A stretch of DNA of 64,000 nt from the human T2T-CHM13v2.0 reference genome, Homo sapiens. Both the position numbers and the translations under genes were made by a program. Within the stretch, counting starts at the first letter, position 1, and every line of letters begins with the position of its first letter. Below are positions 45,720 through 61,289 of this stretch, one piece after another. Where the stretch lies: NCBI RefSeq assembly GCF_009914755.1, contig NC_060936.1; one strand, 5' to 3'. The notes beneath the pieces were generated by a model, which was given only the letters and a program-made list of their open reading frames with translations, had not been told where the DNA came from and did no database searches.

Positions 45720-45925
45720 CACCACACTAACATTTACTGAATGTTCACTCTGAGGCAGGCACTGTACATTATCTCATTTTACCCTTAACACTATGAAAGA
45801 GTTACTATTCCTGATCTCTTATTACAGATAAAAATCTGAGGCCCAACTTCACAGAACATGGACAGTAGAGCTGGATGCAAATCTAAGCTGTCTAATCTCA
45901 AGCCCAGTCTTTTTAACAACTATGG
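45720..45925 (-). mobile_element. MIR
   Basis: CTAACATTTACTGAATG..CAGGCACTGT..ATTATCTCATTT..TTACAGAT..CTGAGGC. Confidence 0.7.
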
Positions 45926-46661
45926 TATAGCTTTCAGTTAAATCATGACATGAAGGATTTCAGAATTAGTGGCTTGATAAATTATAAAGAACTACAAGAC
46001 TGCTGAATACTAAGCCCCTCCATCTAAAACTTTCTTTTCATTTTGTGCTTTAATAAAAGGCAACGTCATCATTGGGAATTTCTGTTCAATGAAGAGGAGT
46101 GTACCAATTCAAGACAAGGGAAGCCTAAGTATTTATTCCAAAATCTTTTCAAGTAATCCTGTAATGGGACTTTTGGGGATGCCTTTATACCCTAGAAAGC
46201 ATTTAAAACTTGAAACTCTTGCCTAATTTCTAATGTCGAAAGGACAATTCAGCATTCTTACTCACTTTTAATTTTGCTTTGCCACTAGCAGATATGGCAA
46301 GCATGCATACATGCTGACATGATGCATGTTAGAGCAGTTTACTCCTGTTGAAAGTTGCTTCACACTGCTTCAGCAATTCTCTCACAGGAACTGGAGAAAC
46401 TGCCTTTTTCAAAAGTATATGAGACTGTATCTATTCCAGCTAATATACAAGTCAACATGGAAAATCAATATTTAATTGCTTTTAAAAAGTAAACAGTTCT
46501 ATAACAACTGACTTGGGATGCCTCTATGTTCTTAAATTGACTTTGAGGGGTTAAAGTGTAAAAGGTACCAAGCTTAATTAATATGCAGACGAATGTTAGC
46601 GATACACAGTCAAGTTTTATGCTTAAGGTGTTTATTACATAGAAGGAGAGACAAGCCACTT

Positions 46662-47295
<634 letters not shown>

Positions 47296-47299
47296 GAAG

Positions 47300-48604
47300 G
47301 CTGTTATAACTGAGGTGGTGTCATGAACCAAGTAGACAGCAGTGGAGGTGGAGAGAATCTATTTTATATATGTATATTTATATATGTGTATGTGTATCAA
47401 TTTTATTGAGGTATAATTTACATAATAAACTATATCCATATAAAATGTACAACCTGATGAGTTTTGTCAGATGTATGTACTCATGAAACCATCAACACAA
47501 TCAAAGGAAGATTTTCATCCCCCGCAAACTTCCCTTTTGCTCCTCTGCAGTCAGTAAACGTCTCTCTCCAAATCTATCTCCTAGGCAAACACTGATCCAC
47601 TCTCTTTCACTATAGATTAGTTTACATTTTCCAGAATTTCTTTTCTTTTCTTTTTTTTTTCTTTTTTTGATAGAGTCTCGCTCTGTGGCCCAGACTGGAG
47701 TGCAGTACTGCACTCTCGGCTCACTCCAACCTCTGCCTCCTGGGTTCAGGCGACCCTCCAGCCTCAGTCTCCCTAGTTGCTCGGACTACAGGTGTGCACC
47801 ACCATGCCCAGCTAATTTTTGTATTTTTAGTAGAGATGGGGTTTCACCATGTTGACCAGGCTGGTCTTGAACTCCTGACCTCAGGTGATCTGCCTGCCTC
47901 GGCCTCCCAAAGTGTTGGGATTACCTGCACCCAGCCTAGAATTTCATATGAATACAATTACACAGCATACACTATATAAACTTTTTTGTATCTGGCTTTT
48001 TGTCATTCAGTATTAAGATTCTGAGATTCACACACATTGTTGTACCATAGATACTGGATTTGTGGACGGACTAGATTTAGAGTTTGAAAAAACGTAACTG
48101 AGGATGATTCCTCAAGGCTTTTGGTCAGAGTGACCGGAAAAATGGAACTAACATCAAGTAAGATAGAGAATGATCCAGGTGAAGAGGCTGGGGAAAGATT
48201 AGGAATTAAGCTTTTGATATATTGAGGATCCAAGTGGACGCACTGAGTTGTATGCTAGATATAAATATGGAGTTCAGAAGTGAGGTGTAGACTGGAAATA
48301 GGAATTTGGGAATGGTCAGCATTTTTTTTTTTCTTTTGGAGACGGAGTTTTGCTCTTGTTGCCCAGGCTGGAGTGCAGTGGCGCAACCTCTGCCTACCGG
48401 GTTCAAGCGATTCTCCTGCCTCAGCCTCCTGAGTAGCTGGGGTTACAGGTGTGCACCACCCCGCCCAGCTAATTTTTGTATTTTTAATAGAGATGGGGTC
48501 TTACCATGTTGGCCGGGATGGTCTCAATCTCTTGACCTCGTGATCCGTCTGCCTCAGCCTCCCAAAGTGCTGGGATTACAGGCGTGAGCCACCGTGCCCG
48601 GCCT
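47300..48604 (-). mobile_element. Nested L2 > L1MC/ME 3' end (47398-48050) > Alu (47640-47936), followed by an Alu (48322-48604)
   Basis: TTTTATTGAGGTATAATTTACA L1 terminus; L2 motifs on both sides. Confidence 0.75.
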
Positions 48605-49429
48605 CTACTAGCTTTTTATTACTTCATCCCTTTAAGCCTTGGTTTCCTTGTTTGACAATGAAGATTGAAAATGTGTTTTAGAGAGGATGAAATAAGAAAA
48701 CATGTTTCTGACCTTGGTCGGTATACTCATTATATGTTAGCTGCCCTCTCTTTCCTCTCTTTATTTATAACTCTTAAAATGAAAGTAACCACATTTCATT
48801 TTGTGTAATAGTTAACAATGTACATGTTTTCTCTCTCGATTATAAACTTCTTGAAGGCAGAAATGGTCTTTTGGCCTTATGCTCCTTAGCACAAGGTTCT
48901 TGACTGAAACAGTTTCTCAATAAATACTCTATGAATTTGTTTCAATAATACTGGAAGAAACCTCTACAAATTGTCAAAAATGTGAATAATTCTATCCAGT
49001 CTCTAGGTTCTAGTCCTGTTTGTCCATCTTTTAAAAAATCTGTGCCCATTTCTGATAAACATAAAAATCTTCTCTTTATAAATGATTTAAAATTTCAAAA
49101 TATCTCACCCACATCCATTCTGAGTAAAACATTGCATTTACTAGGCATTAGAAATCATTGTTCTAGTATTAAAAAATAGGAAGAATGGGCAAGATATGGT
49201 TAGAGCAGGCAGTAGCTAATACAAAATATTCATGTGCCAATTGATTCAAATCCCCTAGAAAGTCCTAGGATGATACATTGACAAATGACTAGATCACCTG
49301 TGTGTATGTGTATGCATATGTGTGTATCTGAGTGAGTTAGATCCAGGGAGTGGGGAAGAAATAAAACATTAAATGTGGCAAACACTTAAAATTTGGTCAA
49401 TAAAGGTAAAACGTATGTGGGACTTCTCT

Positions 49430-49699
49430 GATTTTTTTCTTTTCTTTGTGCAATGGTGCGATCTTGGCTCACTGCAACCTCCATCTCCAAGATTCAAGCG
49501 ATTCTCCTGACTCAGTCTCCTGAGTAGCTGGGATTACAGGCATGCACCACCACGCCCAGCTAATTTTTTTGTATTTTTCGTAGAGACAGGGTTTCACCAT
49601 ATTAGGCAGGCTGGTCTCGAACTCCTGACCTCAGGTGATCCACCCTCCTGGGCCTCTCAAAATGCTGAGATTATAGGCGTGAGCCACTATGCCTGGCCT
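49430..49699 (-). mobile_element. Alu with TSD CTGATTTTTTTCT, lying in an old L1M piece
   Basis: Reverse Alu missing about 30 bp next to the tail. Confidence 0.85.
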
Positions 49700-50589
49700 G
49701 ATTTTTTTCTAATGGACAGAGCAATATGAACACAACTTTTCTGAATTATTCTTATAACTTCTATAAGTTTCGGGAAAAAAGAATGGGACGGGGGAGACTG
49801 TCAGTCACTTCTCTTTAATTAAATAGTTGACTGACAATGTAACACCTAGGCTGTCCATGTAACCTCTGTACCTCATTTTATTTTCCTGTAGCATGGGTGA
49901 TATTTTCAGTGTCTTAACAGTTAAGATACATGACATTTAATTGATATATGTGCATTCTCAAACTTTTACAAAAGCCAAAGTATTTTCACCTAAAATTTTA
50001 AAAAAGAATCAATATTTCAAATTACATTTAGCCTGCTACATCTAGCTATTGAGCAGCTGCAATAAACTTCACATAACGTAGGTAGGAGGAACTGGGTCAT
50101 TGTATAGGTATATGGATTTTAAACAACCATATTATAAGAGACAAAACTTACCAACAAATAGAGCCACTGGCTACTATAGTGTTTTAGAAAATAGACAAAC
50201 AACTACCTGATTTGACTGCCTTCAGGCGGGACATGAACTCTTTCCTTTGCCTCAGTTTCTACTATGTGTATGGCTTCATACCCTGAAGCTTTATATATTT
50301 ATCTTATCTCTCCGGTCCTGAGTTTGCTGCTCCTGGAAAGATTTCTTCTTCCGCATGATTAATAAGAATTTTTTAAAGGATGGATATAGGCCTCAGTCAT
50401 ATCAGAAGAGATCAAGGTAAAAGTTGCCCTGAGAATTAGAATGCAATAAATAAATAAATAAATAAGAATAGAATGCAAGAAGAAGGGCTTAAGGGTTTAA
50501 ACAAAGAGGTTTTGAAACCCCAGATACCAGTCAATAGCCAAATACAGAGATATACTATGACAACTATTAGTCAAATGTTACAGTGTTAA

Positions 50590-50980
50590 ACTTTATGTAA
50601 TCTGGCCCTTCCTTACTTAATTTCACGTCTGCTTTCTATGTCATTCTCTGCTACTTTTTGTTGTACTTCAGCCACACTGGCTTTCTTTTCATTTATCAGA
50701 GCTTCACAGGGCTGGTTCCTTTACTTGCAGATTTCTGTTTGAATGTCACCACCTCAGAGAGGCCTTCCGGGATTACCCTTATGTAGAGTGCCTTTTCTCC
50801 CTTGTAGTGACCAGCACCAGACTGTTTTCATCATAGCACCTGAAATTATCTGAAATTATTTTATTCATATGTTCCTTATATGTTTATTGTTTCTCTCCTG
50901 TCTGTCCTATTCACTGCTATATCCCCTCATATATCATACATCATAGGAAATCACAAATATTTGTTAAAAGAATAAAAGGA
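50590..50980 (+). mobile_element. L2a 3' fragment
   Basis: AATGTCACCACCTCAGAGAGGCCTTCC; AAATATTTGTTAAAAGAAT terminus. Confidence 0.75.
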
Positions 50981-51096
50981 GATATCCAAATTATGTTTCT
51001 GTATTAAAATCAATTACATGGTAAGAAGTAATCTGCAAAGCCTTACTAAGAATCCAAAAGAACTAGTATCTATTCAGATAATAATATTTACACTGA

Positions 51097-51344
<248 letters not shown>

Positions 51345-51504
51345 ACAATTTCTTTTGAACAATTAGTTACCAATTGGAGAAGACATATTACTCTGAAATG
51401 ACCTAGATGATTTTACTTTTGGATGTTTATAGAGGTCACTAAAAACAAAGGGGAGATTTTAATTAATCTGGAGAGTATCAACTCCAAATTGTAAGTAACA
51501 AATC

Positions 51505-51662
51505 AGAAGTTCTCAGACTTTAAAGTATATGCATCACCTGAGCATCTTGTTAAAATGCAGATTCCTAGTTTCAATAGGTCTGAGACCAGAGATCCTGCAT
51601 TCCTAACAAGCTTCCAGGTAATGCCATTGCTGCTGGTCCACGGACTATACTGAATTGCAAGG
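51505..51662. mobile_element. MER5A (hAT-Charlie)
   Basis: TCACCTG..CTTGTTAAAATGCAGATTCC..TGCATTCCTAACAAGC..CAGGTAATGCC.TTGCTGCTGGTCC. Confidence 0.82.
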
Positions 51663-52772
51663 CTCAAGATGAAGCTGTAAATAACCTTTAGAAAATCACT
51701 GAGAGCAAAACAGTAAGTGTTATATTGTCAAGATCACAAATAAACACTCATATAGACAAAAAACTAACAAATAAAACCCCACACCTGTCCTAATGTTATG
51801 AGAATGGATTCTTGTGTTTTGAGATAAAAATTTCTGTGACAGCATTATATATAGGTTCAAAAAGAGTTGGATAGAAGTGAAGATGATATGTTATGGGGGA
51901 AAAAAGTAACAATAATGAAGACAAAGATACCAATATTGAAGATACCTATGAAGAAAATGAGAATGAAACATGCAATGTTTCTAAATTGTTACTATCAACT
52001 TGGATATAAACCAACATATTAAATATTCCATATAGATATTTGACTTTTTCATTTACATTTCCAGAAGTTGGTATATTCAAGGTGGCTAATAAACTTTAAA
52101 AAATAATCTTGTTATGAAAAGTTGAGGTTATCCTTGTACTTGTGATCACCTTATATTCAGGCAGATGCGCTTTGTTGTTCTGACCTAAATCTATGCCAGA
52201 GCCCATAATCTATATCCTGGAAGGTACTACTTCCCTAGCTTTCATATTTGTTAGAAAGAAAGCCATTTGTATTTCATATTGCTCTTTGTTACCTAAGCTG
52301 GCAAGTTCCTCCCATGGTTCCTGTGTTCCTCTTGTACTTGCATGATACTATGCAATGACAAATTCATAAGTTACACTGGTCCCAAACTCTTTAAGACCAG
52401 GTAGTAAAAAATACAAGATTAAATTGAAAATATAATTATACAAAAAAAGTTAAAATGTAGGATCCCTCAAATACACAAAATATTAAAATCTTCCAAACTT
52501 TTGAATAATATTCACTTGTTTCAACAGTTTTTTCTTCCCTATATAAACTTCTCTCAATTTCACAAAAAACATTCAACAAACTCATATAACCTTTTGCCAT
52601 TTATAGCTATCTTGAGTTCAAATATAGTACTTTAAAAAAATCAATAAATTATACCCTTTGAAGGCATAAAATGTGTTTTGAGATGTTTTTTATGGGTCTA
52701 CGGTACTTAAGGTTTCTGATAATTTTGTGAATTATTAACAGAGTTCTATTTGTGGTCTGTTTAAATTACTAA

Positions 52773-53159
<387 letters not shown>

Positions 53160-53832
53160 TAATTGTACTCCTGCAAGTTGAGGGAGTCAAGCTTCTTCTT
53201 GTTCTTCCACTTGGGGGCAGTGGGTATTTTTGGCTTTCTTCTCCTTCCCCCACTTACCCCTGTAATTAAAGCTGAATATGTACAAATAAAGCAGAATTAC
53301 TGGGCAAGAGCCATTTTCACGAGGGTACCAATTGCTTCTGTGCTAGGTCTAGAATATCAGCAGGGAAACATCATCAAAGGAAATCAAGGCAATTCCTTTG
53401 CTGATACGGAAATTGTAAAGAATCTCTTTAGAACTAGAGACAGCAAGCTCAGTAATGCAAATGTACTCACGTGTTCATCTGAAAAACAACAATATCCCCA
53501 TTTACTATTTAGCAAAAATTGAAAGAGTAGGACCAAAAGCTCAAAAGATGGAAGGTGTAAAAGAAAGTCTCTTTTCTGCTCAGCACTTTGGCAGGCATCG
53601 CACTGAATTTGCATCTGTCTGAGTGGTAACTTCCAAAAGTCTGAGAAAGTAAATGTGAGCTGAATATCAAGTGATAAAAGAGATAATTCTGACAGACTCT
53701 GTTTGTGTGGGAGGATTGGGTGTTGAGTACCAAAGAGGCGAGGATTAGCATAGTCAAGAAAGCTCACAAATCTAAAACCAACCCTAAGTGAAAATGAACT
53801 CAGGGCAAGTTTTCTAAATAATCTCACTATAG

Positions 53833-53873
53833 CGCACACACATGCACGCACACACACTCACACACACTCACAC
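53833..53873. repeat. Imperfect (CA)n microsatellite
   Basis: Directly visible. Confidence 0.8.
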
Positions 53874-54019
53874 TTTTTAGTATACTGAAGGATATTTTGT
53901 AAAGTGCTCTTTTCTTCCTGATTCTATTGTTCTTTCTGTTCCTCAACAGTTGTATGTGTCTATCACCTAACTATTTCCTTATTCTTTGCTCACCTCTCTC
54001 CTTTCTTAGGACCTTCCTT

Positions 54020-54340
54020 TTTGATTTTTTTTTAAATTTTAATTTTATTTATTTTTTTGAGACGGAGTCTTGCTCTATTGTCCAGGCTGGAGTGCAATGG
54101 CACAATCTTGGCTCACTACCACCTCTGCCTCCTGGGTTCAAGCGATTCTCCTGCCTCAGACTCTCAAGTAACTGGGACTATAGGCATGTGCCACCACGCC
54201 CGGCTAATTTTTGTATTTTTAGTAGAGACGGGGTTTCACCATGTTGGCCAGGCTGATCTTGAACTCCTGACCTCAAATGATCTGCCTGCCTCAGCCTCCC
54301 AAAGTGCTGGGATTACAGGCGTGAGCCACTGCATCCTGCC
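54020..54340 (-). mobile_element. AluS
   Basis: Full reverse Alu. Confidence 0.9.
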
Positions 54341-54828
54341 TATTTTTAAAATTTTTACCTCCATCATACAGCCAGAAGTATCAAATTCAATTCACTTTCA
54401 AATAGTGATGGTTTAGTTCTACAATTTTTGCCTTTTCCACACACACCTGCCAGGGTTTCCTTGGTGCTTAATAAATGTTAGATAGTGTAATGCCATAAGC
54501 AGCTGCAAATGTCACTGTCAAGCAAAGCTCCATTAAAGCTGCAAAGAGGTGGAAACATCAAGCAAAATAGTTAAGGGAGGCTAAAAACAAAACCAAAAAC
54601 TCTAGCACTTAGCACAGTTCCTGGTATACAGGGAACTTGATAATAAAAGTTTGCTTAAGTGTTTGTTGAAATTTTAAGGACCTTTCTCAAGGAACCCTGT
54701 ATTTTGTAGCTACCTTCCTCTCCAAAACTAGAATTCATGAATGACGATCCAGCAAAGATACTTTCCTTTTTTCCATTTACATCTGCAGTCATTAAAGCCT
54801 GAAGTAATGGTCAAAATATTCAAACCTC

Positions 54829-55129
<301 letters not shown>

Positions 55130-56479
55130 TCAAACCTCAAAGCACAATAAGGGTTAAGTACATCAAAAGTAAGAAAGGCTGGGGGTTATATTATGACCAT
55201 ATTTTTTCTCCTCAGGCTATTCCTCTTTAACTTTTGCAGAGTTGCATTAATTGTGAAGAAAATTTAAATTCAAAATGCCTCTTTTAGAATATTTGTATAC
55301 TCTCAGACACTTGTCCAGTATGGTGGGGTTTTTGATCTGTTTTGGTTTTTTTGTCATTCTCTGTCCCTATCCACTCATCTTTAAGTGGAGAAAGTACAGC
55401 ATGCATTTCTGCACAGATCAAGGAAGGAAATCAGGGTGACCTGTACTATCCACACCTTACTGACCACATCCATACTCTGTTGGCAGTGACAGGAAGCAGA
55501 GCAAAAATGCTGGCAAGAGGGAAAATTAGGTCAAGAGTCCCAGGTTCTCAGAATGAACAACAGTATAGCCTGGAGGGTTTTGGCACTGCCTCATCTCTCT
55601 TGTCCACTGCTGAAGGCAGTCTAGAGTGCTAGGTAAGAACATTACTCAGATGCAAGATTATCTGTGTTTGAATTTTGCTTCTGCCTCTGACTTGTGGTAT
55701 TGGTTAAGTAACTTAAACTCTCTAAGCCTCAGTTTTCTTATGGGTATAATAGGGAAAATAAAATAAAGTGAGAATAGCAGGGTCAGGTACAAGTTTTTGT
55801 AAAGAAGAGATCTTTGCTGGAGAGAGGTAAGAGGTCAAAGGTAAGAAAGAGACAGGACAGCTAATAGTCACTGTTTTTAATTGTGGCAAAGCAAAAAATA
55901 TTTAGATGTGTTTAAAAAAATCTTCTGCACATATTAGTGCAGAATATTAGTCACTCAAGACATGTTGGATAAATGAATAAAAAATGGAGGAACAACTATT
56001 CAATGCTGATAACTGATAAACTTGGTATTAAAAAGAGATATGGGAACAGACAGATTTTCCTTAACTATGATGACCTCTCAAAATATTTGGAAAACACAGC
56101 ATTTTTTTTCTACAAGTGAAAATTCCAATATCACAACTACCATTTTGTAAACTTCATAAATGCACACAGATCTCAGGGGAAGATGAGTGGAACCGTGCAC
56201 TATTCTATCTTCAGTACCACCACTCCATTTTGACTCTACCAAAAAACCAAATATACTACTAAACACCCACCCAAACAATCAAAATATCAAGACCAGAAAG
56301 TGGATAAACAAAGTACCTGACACCACTCTCATTCCTTTACTGAATTCCTTTCACTTATTCTGTCACTAGAGAAGTGGCCCTATTTCAGCTTGGCCCTATT
56401 TCAACTTCAGCTTCCATAGATTAATATGATTTTAATAAAAGATGTATTATAAGCCCTATTTACTCTTCTTAAAATTGAA

Positions 56480-56722
56480 ATCAGCCCCCATTCCTTATCC
56501 TCCTCCTCTGTTTTTTTGCTTCACAGCATTTGCCACCTTTTAATAAAATAGGTATTTCACTTAATTTGCATATTTTCTCTCTCTCCTTTCTAGCATGTAA
56601 ACTCTATGAGGACAGGATTTTCAATCTGTTTTGTTCACTGTTGCATCTTCAATGCCTGAAACAATGTTTGGCAGAATGTACGTGTGCAAAGAACACTTGC
56701 CAAAAGTCTGAATAAATTAATC
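56480..56722 (+). mobile_element. L2a 3' end
   Basis: CTAGCATGTAAACTCTATGAGGACAGGATTTT..TGTTTTGTTCACTG. Confidence 0.75.
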
Positions 56723-56895
56723 AACTCCATTACAATAGAACAATGCTATGAGACATTTCTTTTGCATTGACTTTTATCTGTGCACTGTTTTCGCCATGTT
56801 AACGTCCATTTACAAACTTCATATTATGTTCTAAGAATTGGTTTCTCTCTAGGCCATAACTTTCTTGAAGGGGAGCACTGCATATTACTTTTTAA

Positions 56896-57213
<318 letters not shown>

Positions 57214-58219
57214 CATATTTTAAATACTAATAAATAAAGTTCAGGTAACTTCTCTCTTTACACTCCTGGTCTTGCCCTTCCTTTTGCCTCCCTCATGCCA
57301 ACAACACTTTGCTGAAGAGAGTCTGGCACTGTTTCAGTGAAGTCATTATCTATACTACTTGGTTATGAGGTGAATGAATAGACTATGGTTTTAAGTTGTT
57401 GAAAAGGCAAGCACGTTTTTCAGAAGAAATTCTTTTATGAGTTCCAATGCAATAAAATAGCTCAGTGATTCAACGGGCTGAATTACATTTCATTCACTTA
57501 GAGGTAAATTCCACTGAAGAAAACTAAAGAGCACATACTTCCCCCTTTAATTTTGGCTCTCTAGAAATTTCTCATTTAGTGATATTTCTCATACCAAGAA
57601 CTAGAACCCTCAAAGGTCTCAGGGAAGAGACACAGGCTGTTTGAACTAGGCCGACTACAAAATATATAATATTAACCAAAAAGAAGCCTTCACCAATTGG
57701 TGCTGAATTATTAATTACCTCTTCCTAGACTTCTTCGTATGATAACTTGATTATTTCTTCATACCCCAGTTTAGAAAAATTACCATAATTTATGCTTACA
57801 CTAAGGAAATCCCTAAATATTCTTCAACAACTTTGCATGGTTACAATGTTCTCTTAAAAAAAATGTAATCTGAAATAAGAAGCCACTGATACATATTATC
57901 TACACTGCTTTAAGGCTTTTGCTTTTTGAATGTTATATGTGTACAACTTGTATTTCAGTTTGTCCTAATTTGTGATGTTTTTAGCAATTTGTTCAGATAA
58001 TGTTCCTAAATCTTGATATGAACTAAACTTATGAAAATTGATTGTGCTTATAGGGATGCCAATAATTTCATTAGATATTATAAAATTACAGTTATTCCCT
58101 CATTTTCCGTTGCTATGAAAGGCAAATGGCAAAGAGAAACAACACGACACCTGGAGTGAAAAAGATTTATGTTTAAATCCTCTGCTTAAGAGTGTAGTCT
58201 TCAGCCTGCTATCTGGAAA

Positions 58220-58760
58220 AGCAACCATGGTTAAGAACACGGGTTATGATTAAAGTAGAACTGAGTTCAAATCCCAGATCTAATCCTAACTAACCATATG
58301 GCAGGTTTCAAATCTAAGGTTCAGTTTCCTCATCTGTACAAAGGACATAATATAATAAATATATCGAGCACAGGATTGTTTATTGTCAGGATTTAATAAG
58401 ATAGTGTATGTAATGTGTTAAACAAGGTGGCATGCATAGAATAAGCATTCAATAAACTTAACCCGCCGGGTTTGGTGGTTTATGCCTGTAATCCCAACAC
58501 TTTCGGAGGCTGAGGCGGGAGGATTGTTTGAGGTCAGGAGTTCAAGACCAGCCTGATCAACGTGGTGAAACCCTGTCTCTACTAAAAATACAAAAATTAG
58601 CCGGGCATGCATCTGTAATTCTAGCTACTAGGGAGGCTGAAGCAGGAGAATCCCTTTAACCTGGGAGGCGGAGGTTGCAGTGAGCTGAGACTGTGCCACT
58701 GCACTCCAGCCTGGGTGACAAAGCAAGACTCTGTCTCAAAAAACAAAAAAATAATAAAAA
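58220..58760 (+). mobile_element. MIR (58220-58460) with an Alu (58463-58760, TSD AATAAACTTAA) at its 3' end
   Basis: TCAGTTTCCTCATCTGTA MIR core and Alu body. Confidence 0.8.
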
Positions 58761-58887
58761 TAAACTTAATCCACTACTACTAACAAATGACATAATTAAA
58801 TGTGATATTCTATAGAGAACATATATATCAACTGTTAAGTATTTAACTGTTAATTTTTTACTATTTTATGCATGTCAAAAAGTTGGC

Positions 58888-59190
58888 GGCTGGGCGTGGT
58901 GGCTCACGCCTGTAATCTCAGCACTTTAGGAGGCAGAGGTGGGCAGATCACTTGAGGTCAGGAATTCAGACTAGCCTGACCATCATGGTGAAACCCCATC
59001 TCTACTAAAAATACAAAAATTAGCAGGGTGTGGTGGCGGGTGCCTGTAATCCCAGCTATTTGGGAGGCTGAGGAAGGAGCATTGCTTGAACCTGGGAGGC
59101 AGAGTTTGCATGAGCTGAGATCACGCCACTGCACTCCAGCCTGGGCAACAGCAAACGAGACTCCGTCTCAAAAAAAAAAAAAAAAAAAAA
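58888..59190 (+). mobile_element. AluS with TSD AAAAAGTTGGC
   Basis: Full Alu. Confidence 0.9.
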
Positions 59191-59399
59191 AGTTGGCTCA
59201 ATTGCCATTCGATTTTCTCCTCTGCTGCTTTGGAGAGGTTAGTCTTCTTCTGTCATAGGATAGAAATCACTTTTCAGATATTTACAAGAGGACACCATGT
59301 TTCATAAAATAATAAAGAATGTAGAAAGGATTCTGTGTCATTTTTTCTGGATACTCAGAGTAATTTATTTTCTCTTAAAGCTCGACCACTGCTGGTTTT

Positions 59400-59742
59400 T
59401 GTTTTTTAACTTTTATTTTAGGTTTGGGGCACACATACAAGTTTATTATATAGGTTAACTGGTGTCATGGGGTTTTGGTGTATAGATTATTTTGTCACCC
59501 AGGAACTAAGTATAGTACCTGATAGTTGTTTTTTCTGATCCTCTCCCTCCATTTGGAGTTTTCTTATTCTATTCCTATTTACTGCTAACTTTATTTTTTA
59601 TGTTTTTATTTAATTTTTTTAGAATTTAGATAGGGTCTCACTATGTTGCCCAGGCTAGTGTCGAACTCCTGGGCTCAAGTGATCCTCCTGTCTTGGCCTC
59701 CCAAAATACTGGGATTACAGGGGTGAGCCTCCTCACCCAGCT
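59400..59742 (-). mobile_element. Short L1P 3' terminus (59400-59552) and FLAM_C (59595-59742)
   Basis: TTTTATTTTAGGTTTGGGG..CAAGTTTATTATATAGG; Alu left monomer. Confidence 0.75.
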
Positions 59743-60091
59743 TATAATTTTAATTATTTCAACACTTGGTTTAAATTTTTCTTTTTGACTTATATTCTTC
59801 ATGATTGTAAATGGATGTGAAACGTTTCATAATTTTTATAAAAATCCATACATGTTTCCCTCAAGTTCTTGAGTCTAAAATTAACATAGATCTGTCCTTA
59901 CTTTTATTTAGTGGACCTTAATGTTCACTGAAGAAATATTATTGATACTTAGAGTAACTAAGCCACAATGGTAGGTTCCATAGTTAAAAGATAATTTTAT
60001 ATATTGTACTTTGGACTTAAACTAATCATTCAATTGTAAAGTAGTAACATCAAACTTTTGCTCTCAGAGTTTGTTCTGCTTCATCAGTACA

Positions 60092-60296
60092 TTCAAATAG
60101 AATGCTCCATAATGAAGAAAATAGTCTATCACTTCATTTGCACTATCCAATAATGGTAGCCATTAACAACATGTGGCTAGTAAGCACTTGAAATGTGGCT
60201 AGTGCAACAGAAGAACGGAATTTTTAAGTGTTTAATTTTAATTAATTTTCATTTAAATAGCTCTTTGGCTAGAAACTACAATGTTGGACAACACAG
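60092..60296 (+). mobile_element. MER3 (hAT-Charlie)
   Basis: CATGTGGCTAGTAAGCACTTGAAATGTGGCTAGTG..TTGGACAACACAG. Confidence 0.82.
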
Positions 60297-61289
60297 TTCT
60301 AGATAGTTCAAAAAACATCAGTAATTATGTGGAAATAGAATAATAATGATTCTCATTACTAAACTATACAGGTTATATCATTGCCTCAGGAATTGCTGAC
60401 ACATCTCTTGACCAATTGTGCAAGAAGCAATGAGGTTTTGAGCACGGTTTTTTACCACTTTATGAATCAACCTTCCCGCCTCCTCTTCCCCCCCCCATCT
60501 CTGGAGTCCTCATAGTTTTCTCTTTAAAATCATTTGTAAAACAGAAAGCAAAGCTCTCAGATCTAACCAGTAGTCTAACTCTGACCTTAGGCTCCCACGG
60601 GAATTCAATTATTTTTGTTGGCCTAACCTCTAAGGGATGATGGATTTGCTATCTCTGTGTCCTCCTTCTTCCCTGACTCCCCCTCCCACCCTCACATCTT
60701 CTCCTCTAACTAGTCACATTTAGTTAGTTTCTTGACCTGCTGCCTTTGTTTTAAACAGGAATGAAAGAGAACCATAACTGGAAACAGAAACTGTTGCATT
60801 CAGTTATTAGGTCGCAATGGGAAAAATGAGGCTGTGTATGTATAAGTGTTTTTGCAGGGTTTAGGATAGCAGCTGCAGCTACCCCTTCTTTCCTTCCACT
60901 GCTAGACAAATTTCCAAGCACTTGATACTAGAGTTCTACCACTAGCTAGCCAGCTAGAGGTCTCGGTATCCTCTATGAACTGTTAATGAAGTTCCGGAAG
61001 TTCTTTCCTTAAAAAACAAAAGTTCTGAATGCTGACTCTCTAACCACGGAAATGGTATCTTATTACTAAAACACTAAAAATGTTAAGCTGCATACTGCTC
61101 CAATGAGTAGTCTGTAGACTTGTTACCATCTGTACTGGCCATAGCGAAAAAGGGTTTGACACTACATGATAGTTACTGGTACTTGTTCCCAATAGCTGCT
61201 TAAAATAAGCTGTTGGCAAGTTTGACTACTTTTTTTTTTTTTTTACATTTAAAAAATAACAACATTAAACAGTTATATCTGTAAATGTA

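Noticed and set aside
46278-46300. CTCF-like motif GCCACTAGCAGATATGGC
   Set aside because: It departs from the CCASYAGRKGGC core in spacing and at key positions, so it cannot be supported without ChIP data.
53163-53857. Overlapping 119-aa (+) and 157-aa (-) ORFs in unique sequence
   Set aside because: Non-ATG starts (one inside a CA repeat), no recognisable domain and no convincing splice-site pair; consistent with chance.
56375-56406. 16-bp tandem duplication TGGCCCTATTTCA(G/A)CT
   Set aside because: Ordinary slippage duplication with no sign of function.
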